Positions 41,802 to 55,005 of a stretch of 64,000 bases of DNA are shown piece after piece (the first letter of the stretch is position 1; every line of letters begins with the position of its first letter). The notes under the pieces are model-generated. The model did not search any database and was not told the origin of the DNA. It worked only from the letters and a program-made list of their open reading frames with translations. The position numbers and the translations under genes are program-made. Source of the stretch: Eledone cirrhosa (Eukaryota); contig OZ024743.1 in the NCBI GenBank assembly GCA_964016885.1, positions 216,876,001 through 216,940,000 of the forward strand, in the 5' to 3' direction.

Positions 41802-42718
41802 CTGTATTAACTTTCCGTTCTTTAATTTTTACTGCGTACGTTCTTTCATGTAGCGTGTATAAGACTTTTTGTTTCGTGGCGGTACCCTTAGAGTTAGCAC
41901 TAGTATTTTTTTGCGGGACCCTGAATTATATTCTCGTACTAGTTTACTTTCTTGCACGGGGTGGTTGCTGACCCTGTGATTGGGGTAGAAACCTTTATTA
42001 TTTCGTGGCAGTCTCCTTAGTTTTTTGCCCCCCCCCCCCCCCCCTTGTTCACCCGTCACCGTACGATACACGCACTTATACCTCGTATAAGGGTCCCTTT
42101 ATTTCCGCCCCACCTAGTTTATTTTTATTATTATTATTTATTTTTTTATTCTTCATTATATATATGTTTTTTTAAATTTATTTATTTATGTATTTCTTTA
42201 GCCTAGCAATAGCGAGAGACTTAAGCCTTAGTAACCACACTGTGCTTATTTTTTTTTTTCTCTCTCAGTACTGTTTATAGTTTTACCTTTCATTGTTCTA
42301 CTTACCGTTTCGACTTCCTCCCCCTCCCCCTCCCCAGTATCCATTTGACCTCACGCCCAGCTGTAGCCGGCACTATCAACGCATGAATGGGTCTACTCCA
42401 CCCCCTCTCACTTTTTCTCCTACCGGCAGGTTTAGCTACCCCTTCCCCCACCAATTTGCCATCACAGATTTACTACTAACTTGTGATGTGACCAATCCTG
42501 GTGATTGTCTCTTTGACCATATATGGAATTACCCCTTGATAAGCTCGGCTATTTAAATACCAGAATAAATTTTCATTCAGTCCAGAATTAGCCGTCGAAA
42601 CGGCTTGAGCTCAGCCGTCGGGGTCTTACTTATTCCTATTACCCACTCTACTACCCTAGGTATTGAGTACTTTGGTGCGTTATGGTCCACCTGGTTCCTT
42701 ACCACATTTCCTTCGTTA
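41243..42718 (+). mobile_element. Non-coding PLE-type element (family F, long form): 374-bp inverted arms (41243-41616 / 42266-42639), 650-bp spacer, tail
   Basis: Arms are reverse complements, each with an HHR. No recognisable ORF. Inserted in a TA tract. Confidence 0.85.
42531..42624 (+). ncRNA. Type I hammerhead, U3-A8 core variant (mirror copy 41258-41351 minus has U3/G8)
   Basis: ACCCC-TTGATAA-GCT-CGGCTA...TAGCCG-TC-GAAAC-GGCT-TGAGCTC-AGCC-GTC-GGGGT. Confidence 0.75.
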
Positions 42719-42734
42719 TAGATAATTATATATA

Positions 42735-42970
42735 TATAAATGGAAAAATGAAACGAAATTTCATTTCTCACTCTTAGTACGGCTGTTACTTAAATATAAG
42801 TATGTACACGTACATACATATATGTATACAGACGTACAATAATATGTATATATATATACATACATGCACACATATATATATGTACGTATTGTTTTACCGA
42901 GCATTTATTATAATGCCCGGTTTGTTTCTAAACATACATCTCGAATTAAGCCGTAGAGTGTTTAGCAACA
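42735..42970 (-). repeat. Family R partial unit
   Basis: Matches 111-345. Confidence 0.8.
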
Positions 42971-43321
42971 TGGGTGTTACAGGAGAATGATGAGGATGTC
43001 TCTGAACATTAATCAGTATACACTGAGGATGAAAACCACAGAGCTGTATGGGTGCCTCCCAAAATTCAGCTCGAAAGTGACAGAGTGGAGACTGATGTTA
43101 GCTGGTCATGCTCACAGACATCCAGAGTTGACATTGCACTCAGTGCCCCTGTGGGAGCCCCTATATGGACACACTGGAGGAGGAAGACCTAGGTTAACGT
43201 ATGTTGATGCCCTAAGGACAGACACTGGTCTGTCGGAGACGCAGGACATGGCAGCGATAATGAGGAACTGAGACCGCTGGAGAGAACTCGTCCATGGATC
43301 TCGGGAATGTTACCCACCCTA

Positions 43322-43322
<1 letters not shown>
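42970..43322 (+). mobile_element. RTE-group LINE 3' fragment
   Basis: GCYRRMMRMSLNI..RLMLAGHAHRH..LWEP..GRPRLTYVDAL..DRWRELV, followed by (TA)n. Second copy at 62980-63135. Confidence 0.8.
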
Positions 43323-43368
<46 letters not shown>

Positions 43369-43508
43369 GGTTTGAGGTTCACCACTGTATAGAGCTGGTC
43401 TATTCCGTATGGTCAATCGTAATGCAATAATATAGAGAGTACTCAACGTAAAGCAGTTCAACCGTCTTTCAAGGATTTACACAAATCCAGCCTCCTGTCA
43501 TTTCATTA

Positions 43509-43548
<40 letters not shown>

Positions 43549-44814
43549 CATAGATATATATATATTTGTATATATATAGATATATATATGTATATATATA
43601 AATATATGTATATATAAGATATATATATATATCTGTGTGTGTATATATATGTATATGTGTTTATATATATATATAAATATATATATATTTGTGTGTGTGT
43701 GTATATATACATATATAAATGTGTATATATGTATATATGTTTATATATATGTTTATATATATATGCATATAAGAATGAGCGCAAATATATGCATATGTGT
43801 ATACATGGTTTATGTATAAAGAATGCACAAATGAAGACGATGCTCCTCAGATTCCATGAACAATAATATGAAAAGAATCAAGTAAATGAACGTATATGTG
43901 CGTATATAAAGTAAACACACACACACACACACATTTCTGCCTGTAATTGTGTATTCATGCATGTATAATTGTATTTCTATGTATACATGTACATGTTTAA
44001 GCAGTGAATGTATTTAAGCACACACATTGAATGTATTTAAACACACAAATACACACGGCAGTCCATATTTCTATATCATATCATGCGTGTAAATATGCAC
44101 ATATGCTTACATACATACATATAGATGCTTCTCCAGAACTAATATAATTGTTTAGAATTTCAAGTTCCATGAGATTCATGAGCTGACTGACATTTAGTCT
44201 ATACCCTGGAGGAAAAGAATTATATCAACATTCAATAAATTTCGCCTGGGGTTGATGGTTGAAGCAAACCTATCCACTGTAAACTTCTTGTATGTCACGA
44301 TCAGCTAAATATCCAAAACACACGAAGTTTTCAAGGAACTAATCATCTCAACATAAAGCCGAATGTAAAATCTACGTTACCAACCAATTACCCAGGCTAC
44401 TTTGAGAAGACATCTAGTAGGGAACAAATTAGATATGATCTCAGATAAGGCTATGTTCGACAATACCCACTTGCTAGTTGTTATATCAATTTCAATAGAA
44501 GAACAATAAAACTTCCTAAATTGAATAACGTTTTGTCGTTGATGTTTAGCCCTATATCAGCCTTAATCATTTCAGTACTGATTATTGTTTTAATAATATT
44601 TTGTTTTTGATTAATAATTGTTAGTTTTTATCAGATTATACTAAATTTAAACATTTATATGCAGATATACAAATTTAAACATGTATATGGGTATTAAAAC
44701 AGAAGAATTTAGGCTCCAAAGTATTATAATTTTGAATTACTTTATACCAGTAACCATAAAAATAAGTAAAATAACTATATATTGCTAAATTCATAATTAT
44801 TGAAATGAGAAATA

Positions 44815-44912
44815 CCGTTTATACTCAAATATATGTCGATCCGAATATAAGCCGACCATATTTTATGTTTGAGAAATGGGCGAAATCCAAACCCTACTTA
44901 TAAGCCGACGCA
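44815..44912 (+). mobile_element. Possible Tc2/pogo-like terminal inverted repeat remnant
   Basis: TA-CCGTTTATACTC..GAATATAAGCCGA. A complementary end TCGGCTTATATTCGATTATATACG lies at 52998-53021. Confidence 0.35.
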
Positions 44913-45455
44913 GCAAATCAACACAGTGTTTAGATCAAAGGTTCTCATCCCTTTTGCCCCTCTAAATCACGAAACGCCCCCCCCCCTCCGCAAAGTATTT
45001 TTCCATTTTCCAATATACTACTGATTTTGATATAAGTATATTACTGGGCCAAATCAAGTTATGTTAGAATCTTTTAAAAATCTTTAAAGAATACTCGTTA
45101 AAATTAAATACAAAAAAGTTTCAGTCCAAAACAAAAGCAATATATTTCAATTTTTTTATTTTTGAAAAATAGACGTGAATGTTCTCAAAGATTTGATCTC
45201 AGTAGAAAAAGCCTTTTTTTTTAAATTCTATATTTCACTATTAGCAGTTGTAACATTTTGAGTGGATAGACAATTCAAACTATAAAGTCAAAATACAAAC
45301 GATGCAAAATATGAAGAATGTCTTACCTTTCTCTGGAATCATAAACACAAGGGAAAAATAGTACCTTGCAAACTAGGTTGCAACGAATGAATTGAGATGC
45401 TTAGTGACAGTGAGCAAACTGTATCCCTTATATATGTATATATATACATAGATAG

Positions 45456-45528
<73 letters not shown>

Positions 45529-45847
45529 TGTGTTTGTGTGTGCCTTGTTTTTGTACAGAAAGAATTTTGTCTCCAGTTTTTATTGCCGAGTCAAAGGCCA
45601 CTGCTCTTTTCGACAATGTCAAATAAAAACGCCATATATATATATATATATCGAGAGAGAGAGAGTAAGATATATATATATAAAGAGATAGAGACAGAGA
45701 GATAGTAAGAAATGTGTGTGTGTTTGGTACATGTCTATCTATCTATCTATCTCTCCATCAGGGGGCTCAAATATGCGACCCGCGAACAATTTTTCGATGG
45801 CCCGTGGTAGAACCAATATTTCAGATTCCATTATAACTGTTGAAAAT

Positions 45848-46065
45848 AAGGCGGTGAACTACTGGAATCGTTAGCACATCTGGCGAAATGATTAGCGGTA
45901 CATCTACCGCTTTTACGTTCCGCGATCAAATTCCGCCGAGTTTAACTTTGCCTGTCATCCTTTTGGGGTCAATACATTAAGTACCAGTTGTGAACTAATA
46001 TCGATGTAAAAGACGGGACCCAAAACCCCAAATGTCATGCCTTGTGCCTATAGTAGAAATGATTA
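45848..46065 (+). mobile_element. tRNA-derived SINE related to S1 (different head)
   Basis: GGCGGTGAACT..GAATCGTTAGC..CAAATTCCGCCGAG..AACTTTGCC..GGGGTC..AAGTACCAGT. Confidence 0.7.
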
Positions 46066-46189
46066 TAACTGGTGAAAATCAACACCCACCACCACGTTTG
46101 GCCCACTGTGCCTCTCCTCCAGGACGTAATGGCCCTTTTATGTCCTTGAGTCTGAGACCGTTCTTCAACACACACACTTTACTTTATCT

Positions 46190-46388
46190 TCTGTCTCTGG
46201 ACTACGCCCATGCTGGAGCATCATCTTGGTAAGTTATGGGGACGTCAACAAACCAAAAAACATTGGTGGCAGGGCAAACACGCACAGACATATATAGATA
46301 TATACGACGCGCTTCTTTTAGTTTCGGTCTATCAAATCCACTCGCAGGGCTTTGGTCGGCCCGGGCAGTGGGACTGAACCCGGAAACA
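46190..46388 (-). mobile_element. tRNA-derived SINE (family S2), internally deleted
   Basis: Minus reads TTCCGGGTTCAGTCCCACTGC..GGGCCGACCAAAGCC..GAGTGGATTTG..GAAACT..AGAAGC with a B-box-like head. Confidence 0.65.
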
Positions 46389-48088
46389 TCTCTTACTACA
46401 CCTCTATTTCCCCTATCCTACTAAATAAGGCACTTATAATGGCCATGGACAATAGTGACTTGACTAGACCCCAGATTGATGTCATACTTGCGGCCCGTAA
46501 AACAATAATCACCTTTGAAGACCAATTATGGACCCGCAAGGATACGCAAAACAACTTCGACATTACTATGGGGTCTAGTGACTCGGCGCAGGTCACTGAT
46601 TTAGGTGGCCTATACTTACTTAACCTAATCCACAGGGAACTTCCGTACCTCAGCGGTGGTTTGTATCGCGACGATGCACTTCTACTTATAGACTATAAAA
46701 AATTCAATATAGAAAGGACTAGAAAACTATTGCACAAAACATTCAAAAACTTTAACCTTAGTATTACCATGGACAAAAACACCAAAAACGTCAACTTCCT
46801 AGACGCCACACTCTACTTAGACTCAATGATATATGCACCTTTCCACAAACCTAATGAAAAACTCATCTACGTAGATACCAAGTCTAACCACCCTAAATCT
46901 ATATTGAACTCTATCTCTAAGGGAGTATCTAATAGAATCTCTAATCTATCCTATGACATAAACACATTTAACAATAACTCACAGTATTATAATCAGGCAT
47001 TAGCTAGATCAGGCCATAATGCAGGGATAGAGTTCCTACCTACAAAAACACATAGCTACAACATCATTTCACACAACATGTCCATGGGAAAATTTAATAA
47101 TAGGAATAGCAACTGCACACACACTAATAGGGATTGTAACAACAAGAGTAACCCGCACCACAGAAATGATCATAGGAACATTAAAGGAAACAAATCACCA
47201 GACATAAAAAACATAAATAGAAGAAGAAATAATACATTTTTCAACCCTCCTTTCAATTTAAACGTCTCTACCAACCTTCCTAGGGCTTTCTTCTCACTAC
47301 TAGATAAACACTTCCCATCCGGCCACAGGTACCACGGCCTTTTAAACAAAAATACTATTAAGATCTCATACTCTACTACGCCTAACTTAGCATACCACAT
47401 AGCTAGTACAAATAAAAGAAAAATTAATTCTTACTTCCAACAAACTAAATCACAACGGTCGATAAACCTTCAAAATAACATTCAAAATAACAGTCAAAGT
47501 AACATTATAACAAATAACCGTAATATCAATGGAAATAATAGTAATAGCACTAGTGTAAACATTAACGCTGCGTACCACAACCCACATAACCATAACCCTA
47601 TAGCTAACATCCAAACTTCTACACAGCATAGTAACCGGCAGACTAGCACCCAGAGTAATTGTAACTGTAGATCAAGTAGAACCTGCCCTCTAGATAAAAA
47701 ATGCTTAACCAAGGATATCATATACTCATGTACAGTCACAACTAACAGCTCTTCTGAAACCTATATAGGCTCCACTTCTAACTGCTTCAAAACTAGATAC
47801 AATTCGCACCTCCACTCTTTCAAAAAACACAGTCTAGCCAACTCCACTTCATTATCTAGCTACATACACTATCTAAAAACTAAAAATAAAATATATACAC
47901 TTAAATGGGAAGTGGTAGGTAGTGCAACATCGTAAAAACCACCTGATAAATTTTGTAACCTCTGTCTACTAGAGACCCATACTATCATCTTCTCTAAACA
48001 TAATCTCCTTAATAAAAAATCAGAAGTGTTCGCAACTTGCCAACACCGCTTCCGACACTCGTTCCAAAACTTTAAACCCTATATATAA
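46389..48088 (+). pseudogene. PLE RT + GIY-YIG ORF with one premature stop (47933-35)
   Basis: YYTSISP..FDITMGSSDSAQVTDL..GGLYRDDAL..VNFLD..FNPPF..CNCR..CPL..IIYSC..TYIGST..FKTRYNSH. Reading through TAA gives KFCNLCLLE..LLNKKSE..TCQH. Confidence 0.92.
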
Positions 48089-49610
48089 TAATGTCAGACT
48101 GGAACCGGCACCACCCCTAGCAATTAACATCAGTAGCACACCTTACACCTCACATCCATCTCTATACTCTAAAGATAATACTGACAGCATTTTAGTACCA
48201 CCTACCCTGGGAAGACCCCCTTGTACCTCTAATTCTGATATCTCGACCGTGGACTACTTATTCTGCATTGCACAAATATAAGATTAGTATAAACTGGGGA
48301 CACGGTACTGGTTGCGATAACATAGTCCTGTGCTTGGATTCCCACCAAGAGATAGATTGATGATTAGATAGATAATCGTATTGTTATGTGAATATATACT
48401 GTAAACGATCAGTTCAATGAATTATGCACGTAATCATCTTGATGTGAACTCCTTCAGTACCTATTAATAGACTCCACTCTAGCTTGTAGATGTGATACTT
48501 AATTGATTTATATATGAGACGGAGGTTGTCTATTGCTTGATGACCAGACTAGTGACTTTATATGAGAGATTGGATCTCCGGACCATACCGAAGATTTACT
48601 GGACATTCAGACATGCAATGACCCGGAGCTTACCTACCGGGTGGCATATATAATAGTGGGCCCATACCAGGTCCTACTGTTATATTACATTTGCATGGAA
48701 CAGTGACTTGAGAGTCTGACTCCTCTTATAGAACGTTCAGATATGACACCCCTTAATGGATGGTAATCATCCTAATATATACACCCTTGTACTTCTTAAT
48801 GGACAACTCTCTAACCTATAAATGGGTAACATACTCTAGAAATTAGTTATAACTTCATATGATAGGCACGTATTTGAATCACCATTAATGTAGTTTAGGA
48901 TAGTAATTTATCTAAGATAACTAGCTAGTTACCTCCCCTTACGCATTAATTCCCCTTAGTCATTCAGACACTTCCGGAATCTGGACAGCATGTTCTATTA
49001 ATTAAGAACCAACTGGATACGGTTTATAGCTTGATTATATGCTGAACCACCGCGAATTATACGATAGACACGTGTTCTCTATATATATTGCGTCTCATGG
49101 ATTATGTGAGTGGTGGTGTGAGCGAAGAGAGTGGTACGGCTTTGCCTACGATACAATAAGGTTTATAGTATGTTGAAAGTTTTTGATATTTTGGTGTTCC
49201 CCTGCATCCGAGACTGTATATCATACAGATGTATGAGAATAAATGACTTAATAATTCAACCCACATAATAAGATCGATTGCCTGCTTCAACTGCCTGACC
49301 CTGCAAATATCATTCTGACGCACTCTAATCATGTATAAATAAGACACGCGTGTATGCTACACGTGAGATTATTTCATACACTGACTACTCTAAACTTTCC
49401 TCTTGCTTTATCTTCATAGACTGCCAACGCTTCATGTTTGTCTTTATTTTCATTCTTGTTTTTATTTTTATCCTGCAACATTTATATGTAAATTGCCATG
49501 CTATATCATTTGATGAATGTCACCCCACTGTTGATCAATATGTGCATATGTTTTATGTGTCTCTTGGGTTGAAAAGGAGGTCAAGTAGTATGTTATAGAT
49601 CAGTAAATAG

Positions 49611-49659
49611 TTGCTCCGAAGAATCCAAACCTCGGTTTGGAGGAAACAATTGTAAGCAA
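49611..49659 (+). ncRNA. Type I hammerhead, U4C core variant
   Basis: TTGCT-CCGAAGA-A-TCCAAAC-CTCG-GTTTGGA-G-GAAAC-AATT-GTA-AGCAA. All three stems are perfect. Confidence 0.8.
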
Positions 49660-49720
49660 ATAAATGACTTAAACTGAACTTTGATTATTGTAATCTCTCT
49701 CTCTCTATATATATATATAT

Positions 49721-49942
49721 GGTATTAAATTAACAATGAAAATAAAAACAACAATGTTAAGTTACGTTATAACTTTGTTGTTTTTATTTTCATTGTTAAT
49801 TTAATGCCTAATATCTGACTCTGTATCTAAATAAATAACACAGCGAAACACACAACTTCTTTATGGATTTTATTGGATTACATGGAGTTCTTTCTACGAT
49901 ACGGACCCTACTACCCGAGATAGACTACACTGAAAAAGGAGT
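49721..49942 (+). repeat. Small fold-back (49721-49808) plus tail between (TA)n tracts
   Basis: GGTATTAAATTAACAATGAAAATAAAAACAACAA ... TTGTTGTTTTTATTTTCATTGTTAATTTAATGCC. Confidence 0.65.
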
Positions 49943-49980
49943 ATATATATATATACGTGTGTGTGTGTGTGTGTATTATG

Positions 49981-50107
<127 letters not shown>

Positions 50108-50401
50108 CTACATACATACATATATACATACATTTACGTATGTATATATCTATATATTTATATATTTGTATATATGCATGCAGTTATATTTAAGTCTGTG
50201 TATGTGACATGACATGTTTTTTTTTTTGTAAGGACAGAATTTTGTATCCAGATTGTATTACCTAGGGAGATTAACTACCACAGTTTTTCAACCTCATCAA
50301 ACACCAACGCTGGCCTGTGTTTGTACATATATATATGTATGTATGTATGTATGAATGTATGTATGTATGTAAGTATTATGCCTGTATGTGTGTATGTATA
50401 T

Positions 50402-51049
50402 CGTGTCACTCTTGAGTGCTACTGGTAACATGTAACCCATTACAACTAGTCGCATGGTCGAGTCGTCGGCTACTAAACCGGCAACCTCACCAACTTTACT
50501 TGGTGAGGAGGGTGATTTTGGACACCCTGCAGGACAAAATACAAAACCTGACATAGGGCGGAAGAACTCATAAGAGTCAGCGGCCATCCAAAACTGTGTA
50601 AATATGTATATATACACATGTATATACACATGTATATTCATGGGTGCATGTGTATGTATATGCGCGGGGACATAGAAATAGCAGGGCTGGATACCCGATC
50701 GCGCGGTGAAACCACTGGGATTGAAGGACCCCTAGCCTTTGTCAGGGCATTCTTCTAGGAGAAGGCAACTCGGGAAAATGGGATAACTCCGATATAAAAC
50801 CTGCGGCTCAGTAGTTACCGATGATGTTGATCTTTTCTTCTTTTCGGGTTATAGCTACTGTCGCTCAGAGAGTGGGAAGTAGCTCAGTGCACAGTATTTC
50901 ATCACTTTAAAACTATCTTAACGCACAAGGATTGCACGATAGAATTAATTAATAATGGTATATCGTGCAATGGCCATACTCGATAACGAGGGGGCAGCCA
51001 TCCTGTATGTATGTATGTATGTATGTATGTATGTATGTATGTATGTATG

Positions 51050-51080
<31 letters not shown>

Positions 51081-51225
51081 GTATTATGCATGTATGTGTG
51101 TATGTATCTCGTGTCACTCTTGAGTGCTACTGGTAACATGTAACCTTGTACAACTAGTCGCTTGGTCGAGTCGTCGAGATTTCTTCTCGTGCAATGGCCA
51201 TACTCGATAACGAGGGTCACCCATC
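50402..51225 (+). mobile_element. Diverged and deleted RTE-derived non-autonomous units in (TATG)n
   Basis: Share TGCTACTGGTAACATG, TCTAGGAGAAGG and the GGCCATACTCGATAACGAG 3' hairpin with 51245-52538. Confidence 0.65.
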
Positions 51226-51244
51226 ATGTATGTATGTATGTATG

Positions 51245-52538
51245 TCAGGTTACCAGTTGGTGCTACTGGTAACATGTATCCCAGTACAACCTGTCTCATG
51301 GTCGGGTCGTGGGCGACTAAACTGGCAAACCCACCAAGGTTTCTTGGTGAGGAGGGTGACTTTGGACATCCTGCAGGACTAAAAATAAAACCTGTCGAAG
51401 GGCAAAGGAGCTCTTAAGAGTCAATGGCCATCCAAAATCACCGGGAGAGATGACCCCTTAGCCTATGTCAAGGCAGAATTCTAGGAGAAGGAAAACTCTG
51501 ATATAACACCTGCAACCCTGATGGTATCCAATGATGTTGACTTGTTCTTCTTTTTGGCAAATATCATCTTGGTTAAGAGAGTGGGACTGGCTTTGTGCAG
51601 TGCCTTTGCTCACTATAAAAGCTTCACGGCACAGGCATTGCTTTATATCTGGAGATCTCTCTGCACTTGTCGTCACATGGTACCATGGGCCCAGCACTAT
51701 GTGTCAATAATTGTCACAAGTGTAGTTTTTGTAGCGGAGTTTTCAAGTCGCTGGCTGGACTAAAAAGTCACACTCGTTCAGCGCATCGCTAGGGGTTCTC
51801 CTACATGGATATAAAGTAGTGGCCGTACTCGAAAACGAGTTGGCAGCCACCGTGTATGTATGTATGTATGTATGTATGTATGTATGTATGTATGTATGTA
51901 TGTATGTATGTATGTATGTATGTCTGTCTGTCGGGTCATCAGTTGGTGCTACTGGTAACATGTATCCCAGTACAACCTGTCTCATGGTCGGGTCGTTGGC
52001 GTCTAAACTGGTAACCCCAGCAAGGTTTCTTGGTGAGGAGGGTGACTTTGGACATCCTGCAGGACTAAAAACAAAACCTGTCAAAGGGCAAAGGAGCTCT
52101 TAAGAGTCAATGGCCATCCAAAATCACCGGGAGAGATGACGCCTTAGCCTTTGTCTAGGCAGAATTCTAGGAGAAGGAAAACTCTGATATAACACCTGCA
52201 ATCCTGATGGTATCCAATGATGTTGATTTGTTTCTTCTTTTTGGTAAATATCATCTTGGTTAAGAGAGAGGGACTGGCTTTGTGCAGTGCCTTTGCTCAC
52301 TATAAAAGCTTCACGGCACAGGCATTGCTTTATATCTGGAGATCTCTCTGCACTTGTCGTCACATGGTACCATGGGCCCAGCACTATGTGTCAATAATTG
52401 TCACAAGTGTAGTTTTTGTAGCGGAGTTTTCAAGTCGCTGGCTGGACTAAAAAGTCACACTCGCTCAGCGCATCGGTAGTGGTTCTCCTATATGGGTATA
52501 AAGTAGTGGCTGTACTCGAAAACGAGTTGGCAGACACC
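51245..52538 (+). mobile_element. Two tandem ~605-bp RTE-derived bipartite elements (51245-51851, 51930-52538) with (TATG)n tails
   Basis: Highly similar copies. They have an RTE-like 5' UTR motif CTAGGAGAAGGAAAACTCTGA, a 3' zinc-finger remnant CSFCSGVFKSLAGLKSHTRSAHR* (51721-51792) and a terminal hairpin ACTCG-AAAA-CGAGT. Confidence 0.75.
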
Positions 52539-54246
52539 ATGTATGTATGTATGTATGTATGTACGTATGTATGTACGTATGCATGCGTGTGTATGTTCGT
52601 ATGTATGTATAAGTATACACCCACACCTTTCATCACCATTGCTTCTTTTTCTTGTCTTTTCTCTTGAAGTTGTTCTTGTAACAGTTGTCATAGTTGATGC
52701 TGCCTTATTTTCATTTTCTTTGATTTTTTCGTTTTCTTTTATCTCCCTAGGGAATTCGTTGACAAGCTTCTTTTATTTTTTTTTAGTTTTCTTCATTCAA
52801 ATGCATTCACACTGGCTCTCTCAGAGACGTACAGATATGGCTTATAAAATTTACGAAAGTAAAAAGCCTTCCGGTGCCCCCTAAAGCTTCAAACGACCCC
52901 CTGGAGCTTCGAAACACCCCCGTTGAGAACCTTTGGTTTAGATGTATGTAAGCCGACTCCAGCCCATTTTCACATCGTAATTTTTGTTTTATATTCCTCG
53001 GCTTATATTCGATTATATACGATGTGTGGATTTCAAACATTATAGTATGGAAGGGGTTAACTTAACAAAAGCACGAACAAAGATATTACTGTCATGATCA
53101 ATCGTTTATTCTTCAGATATTATGTAACCTAGAATATATTATCCGTTTTTTTTTGTAAACTTAGCTGCCATTTCTTGCAGATTGACCGATCATCTAGAGG
53201 CTTAGGTGGCTATAAGTATTTGCATCGTACTACGATATGCACTTTAGATTTATATGGGAAGGACAAAGAACTTTACGTTCTGAAATCAAATCCCATCGTT
53301 GTCAACCTCGCCTTTCCTCCTTTCGGTATCCACTCTAAGGCGTCTATCTTCTATCTTCATATTTTAAAAGATGTTTATCCATTTTCATCATTTAGCATTA
53401 TTTTCATTTAGTTTCTAGGGAGGGAGCAATTGAGATGGATGTCACTCTATTGTCATAGCCATTTCCAAATCTTGGCTATTTTTCTCCCTCGCCACTTATC
53501 TTCAGATAAATGAAGATGATGATGAAAAGGAGGAGGAGGGGTGAAGTACAATTAAAATAAACCTTATCCGGGAATGTGACACGATTGAATTAAAAGGCCT
53601 AGTCTTCAGTGGAGCGAAAATATTATATATTTTTTCAATATCATAAATACATATCTTTCTTTCTTTAACTCAATTTTTTCTCGAATATTTTTCAGCCGTT
53701 AATTTATTAAATATCTTAAATATGTTTTATAATAATTTCTACTTGATTCTCTTTGCCCATTCCTCCATTGCATTTCTTTTTTACTCTCGCTTTCATTATT
53801 TATTTTCACTTTACACATTGTTGTTTTCCTTTCTTTTATTCAGCTTCTATTTCTTCCTTACATTCTTTGTCATATTTTTCCGCTTCGTTTTTCATTTTCT
53901 CCCCAGAGCTTATCGTTTTCATTTAAATTCCTAATCACCACCCCCGCACCAAATTTCTCATTCACTATTTTTTGTAGCCTACTATTCTCTCCACTCCTTG
54001 TGTTTCCTCTATTTGAAATCCCCGACAATTCTCCACTCCGTTCACATATGCTGCCAGTGCTCTATTCTAATGGAAAGACAGTGCCAGGCGACACCATATC
54101 TAGGCACGGTTACACACACCATCGCGTGTTACATGCACAATTGCGATTCAGTGTAATAGGAGGCATGAATACAAAGGGGTGAATGTAAAGCGACAAGAGA
54201 CAAGGACATCATTAGATTTGTATTTGTAGTGATGTAGCATGTTGCG

Positions 54247-54327
<81 letters not shown>

Positions 54328-54866
54328 ACGCACAAACACAGACACACACACACACAGACACACACACACATACACACACATATTCATGTAAATCTACAAA
54401 TAGAAGAATGTGTCTACTTGAAGATGTGTATGACAGGAAGAAGTACGTGTAAATGGGGAAAAAACATAGATGTCATGCACTTACTCTTATACTGGCATAT
54501 TTAGTTGCATGTGTCTATCTATATGTATATATTCATACACACAAACATATGTATATATAATGTGTCTGCTTGTATGTATGCCTATATGTGTGTGTTACCA
54601 GTAGCGCTAACATAGCTTGGTTCACAATAAGAGTGTATAAGTATATGTATAATATACACCCAAGACACTCGCAACGAATATTTTATGTTGCGGCCGCATC
54701 ACAAATATCTCAGTAAGGTGTGAGTCAACGATCACGGATAACAAATCCAGACACTTTCCTAAGGCTACTGAGAAAACTGTGACATGATCACATCTGAAAA
54801 TATTCATAGCTGGAATCATGTGTTAATTATACATAAACATATTTTATATTCCTTCACATACACTCC

Positions 54867-54983
<117 letters not shown>

Positions 54984-55005
54984 TATACATATATATACAT
55001 ATATT

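Larger units (their letters stand above)
46389..49693 (+). mobile_element. 5'-truncated PLE with a probable ~1.6-kb 3' UTR ending in an HHR and (CT)n(TA)n
   Basis: RT-EN ORF, then long non-coding sequence, then an HHR ~35 bp before the microsatellite. Attribution of the whole UTR to the element is inferred. Confidence 0.75.

Noticed and set aside
47933-47935. Programmed readthrough or selenocysteine in the PLE ORF
   Set aside because: The stop is TAA, not TGA, at a position that is Tyr in the related copies. It is a simple nonsense mutation.
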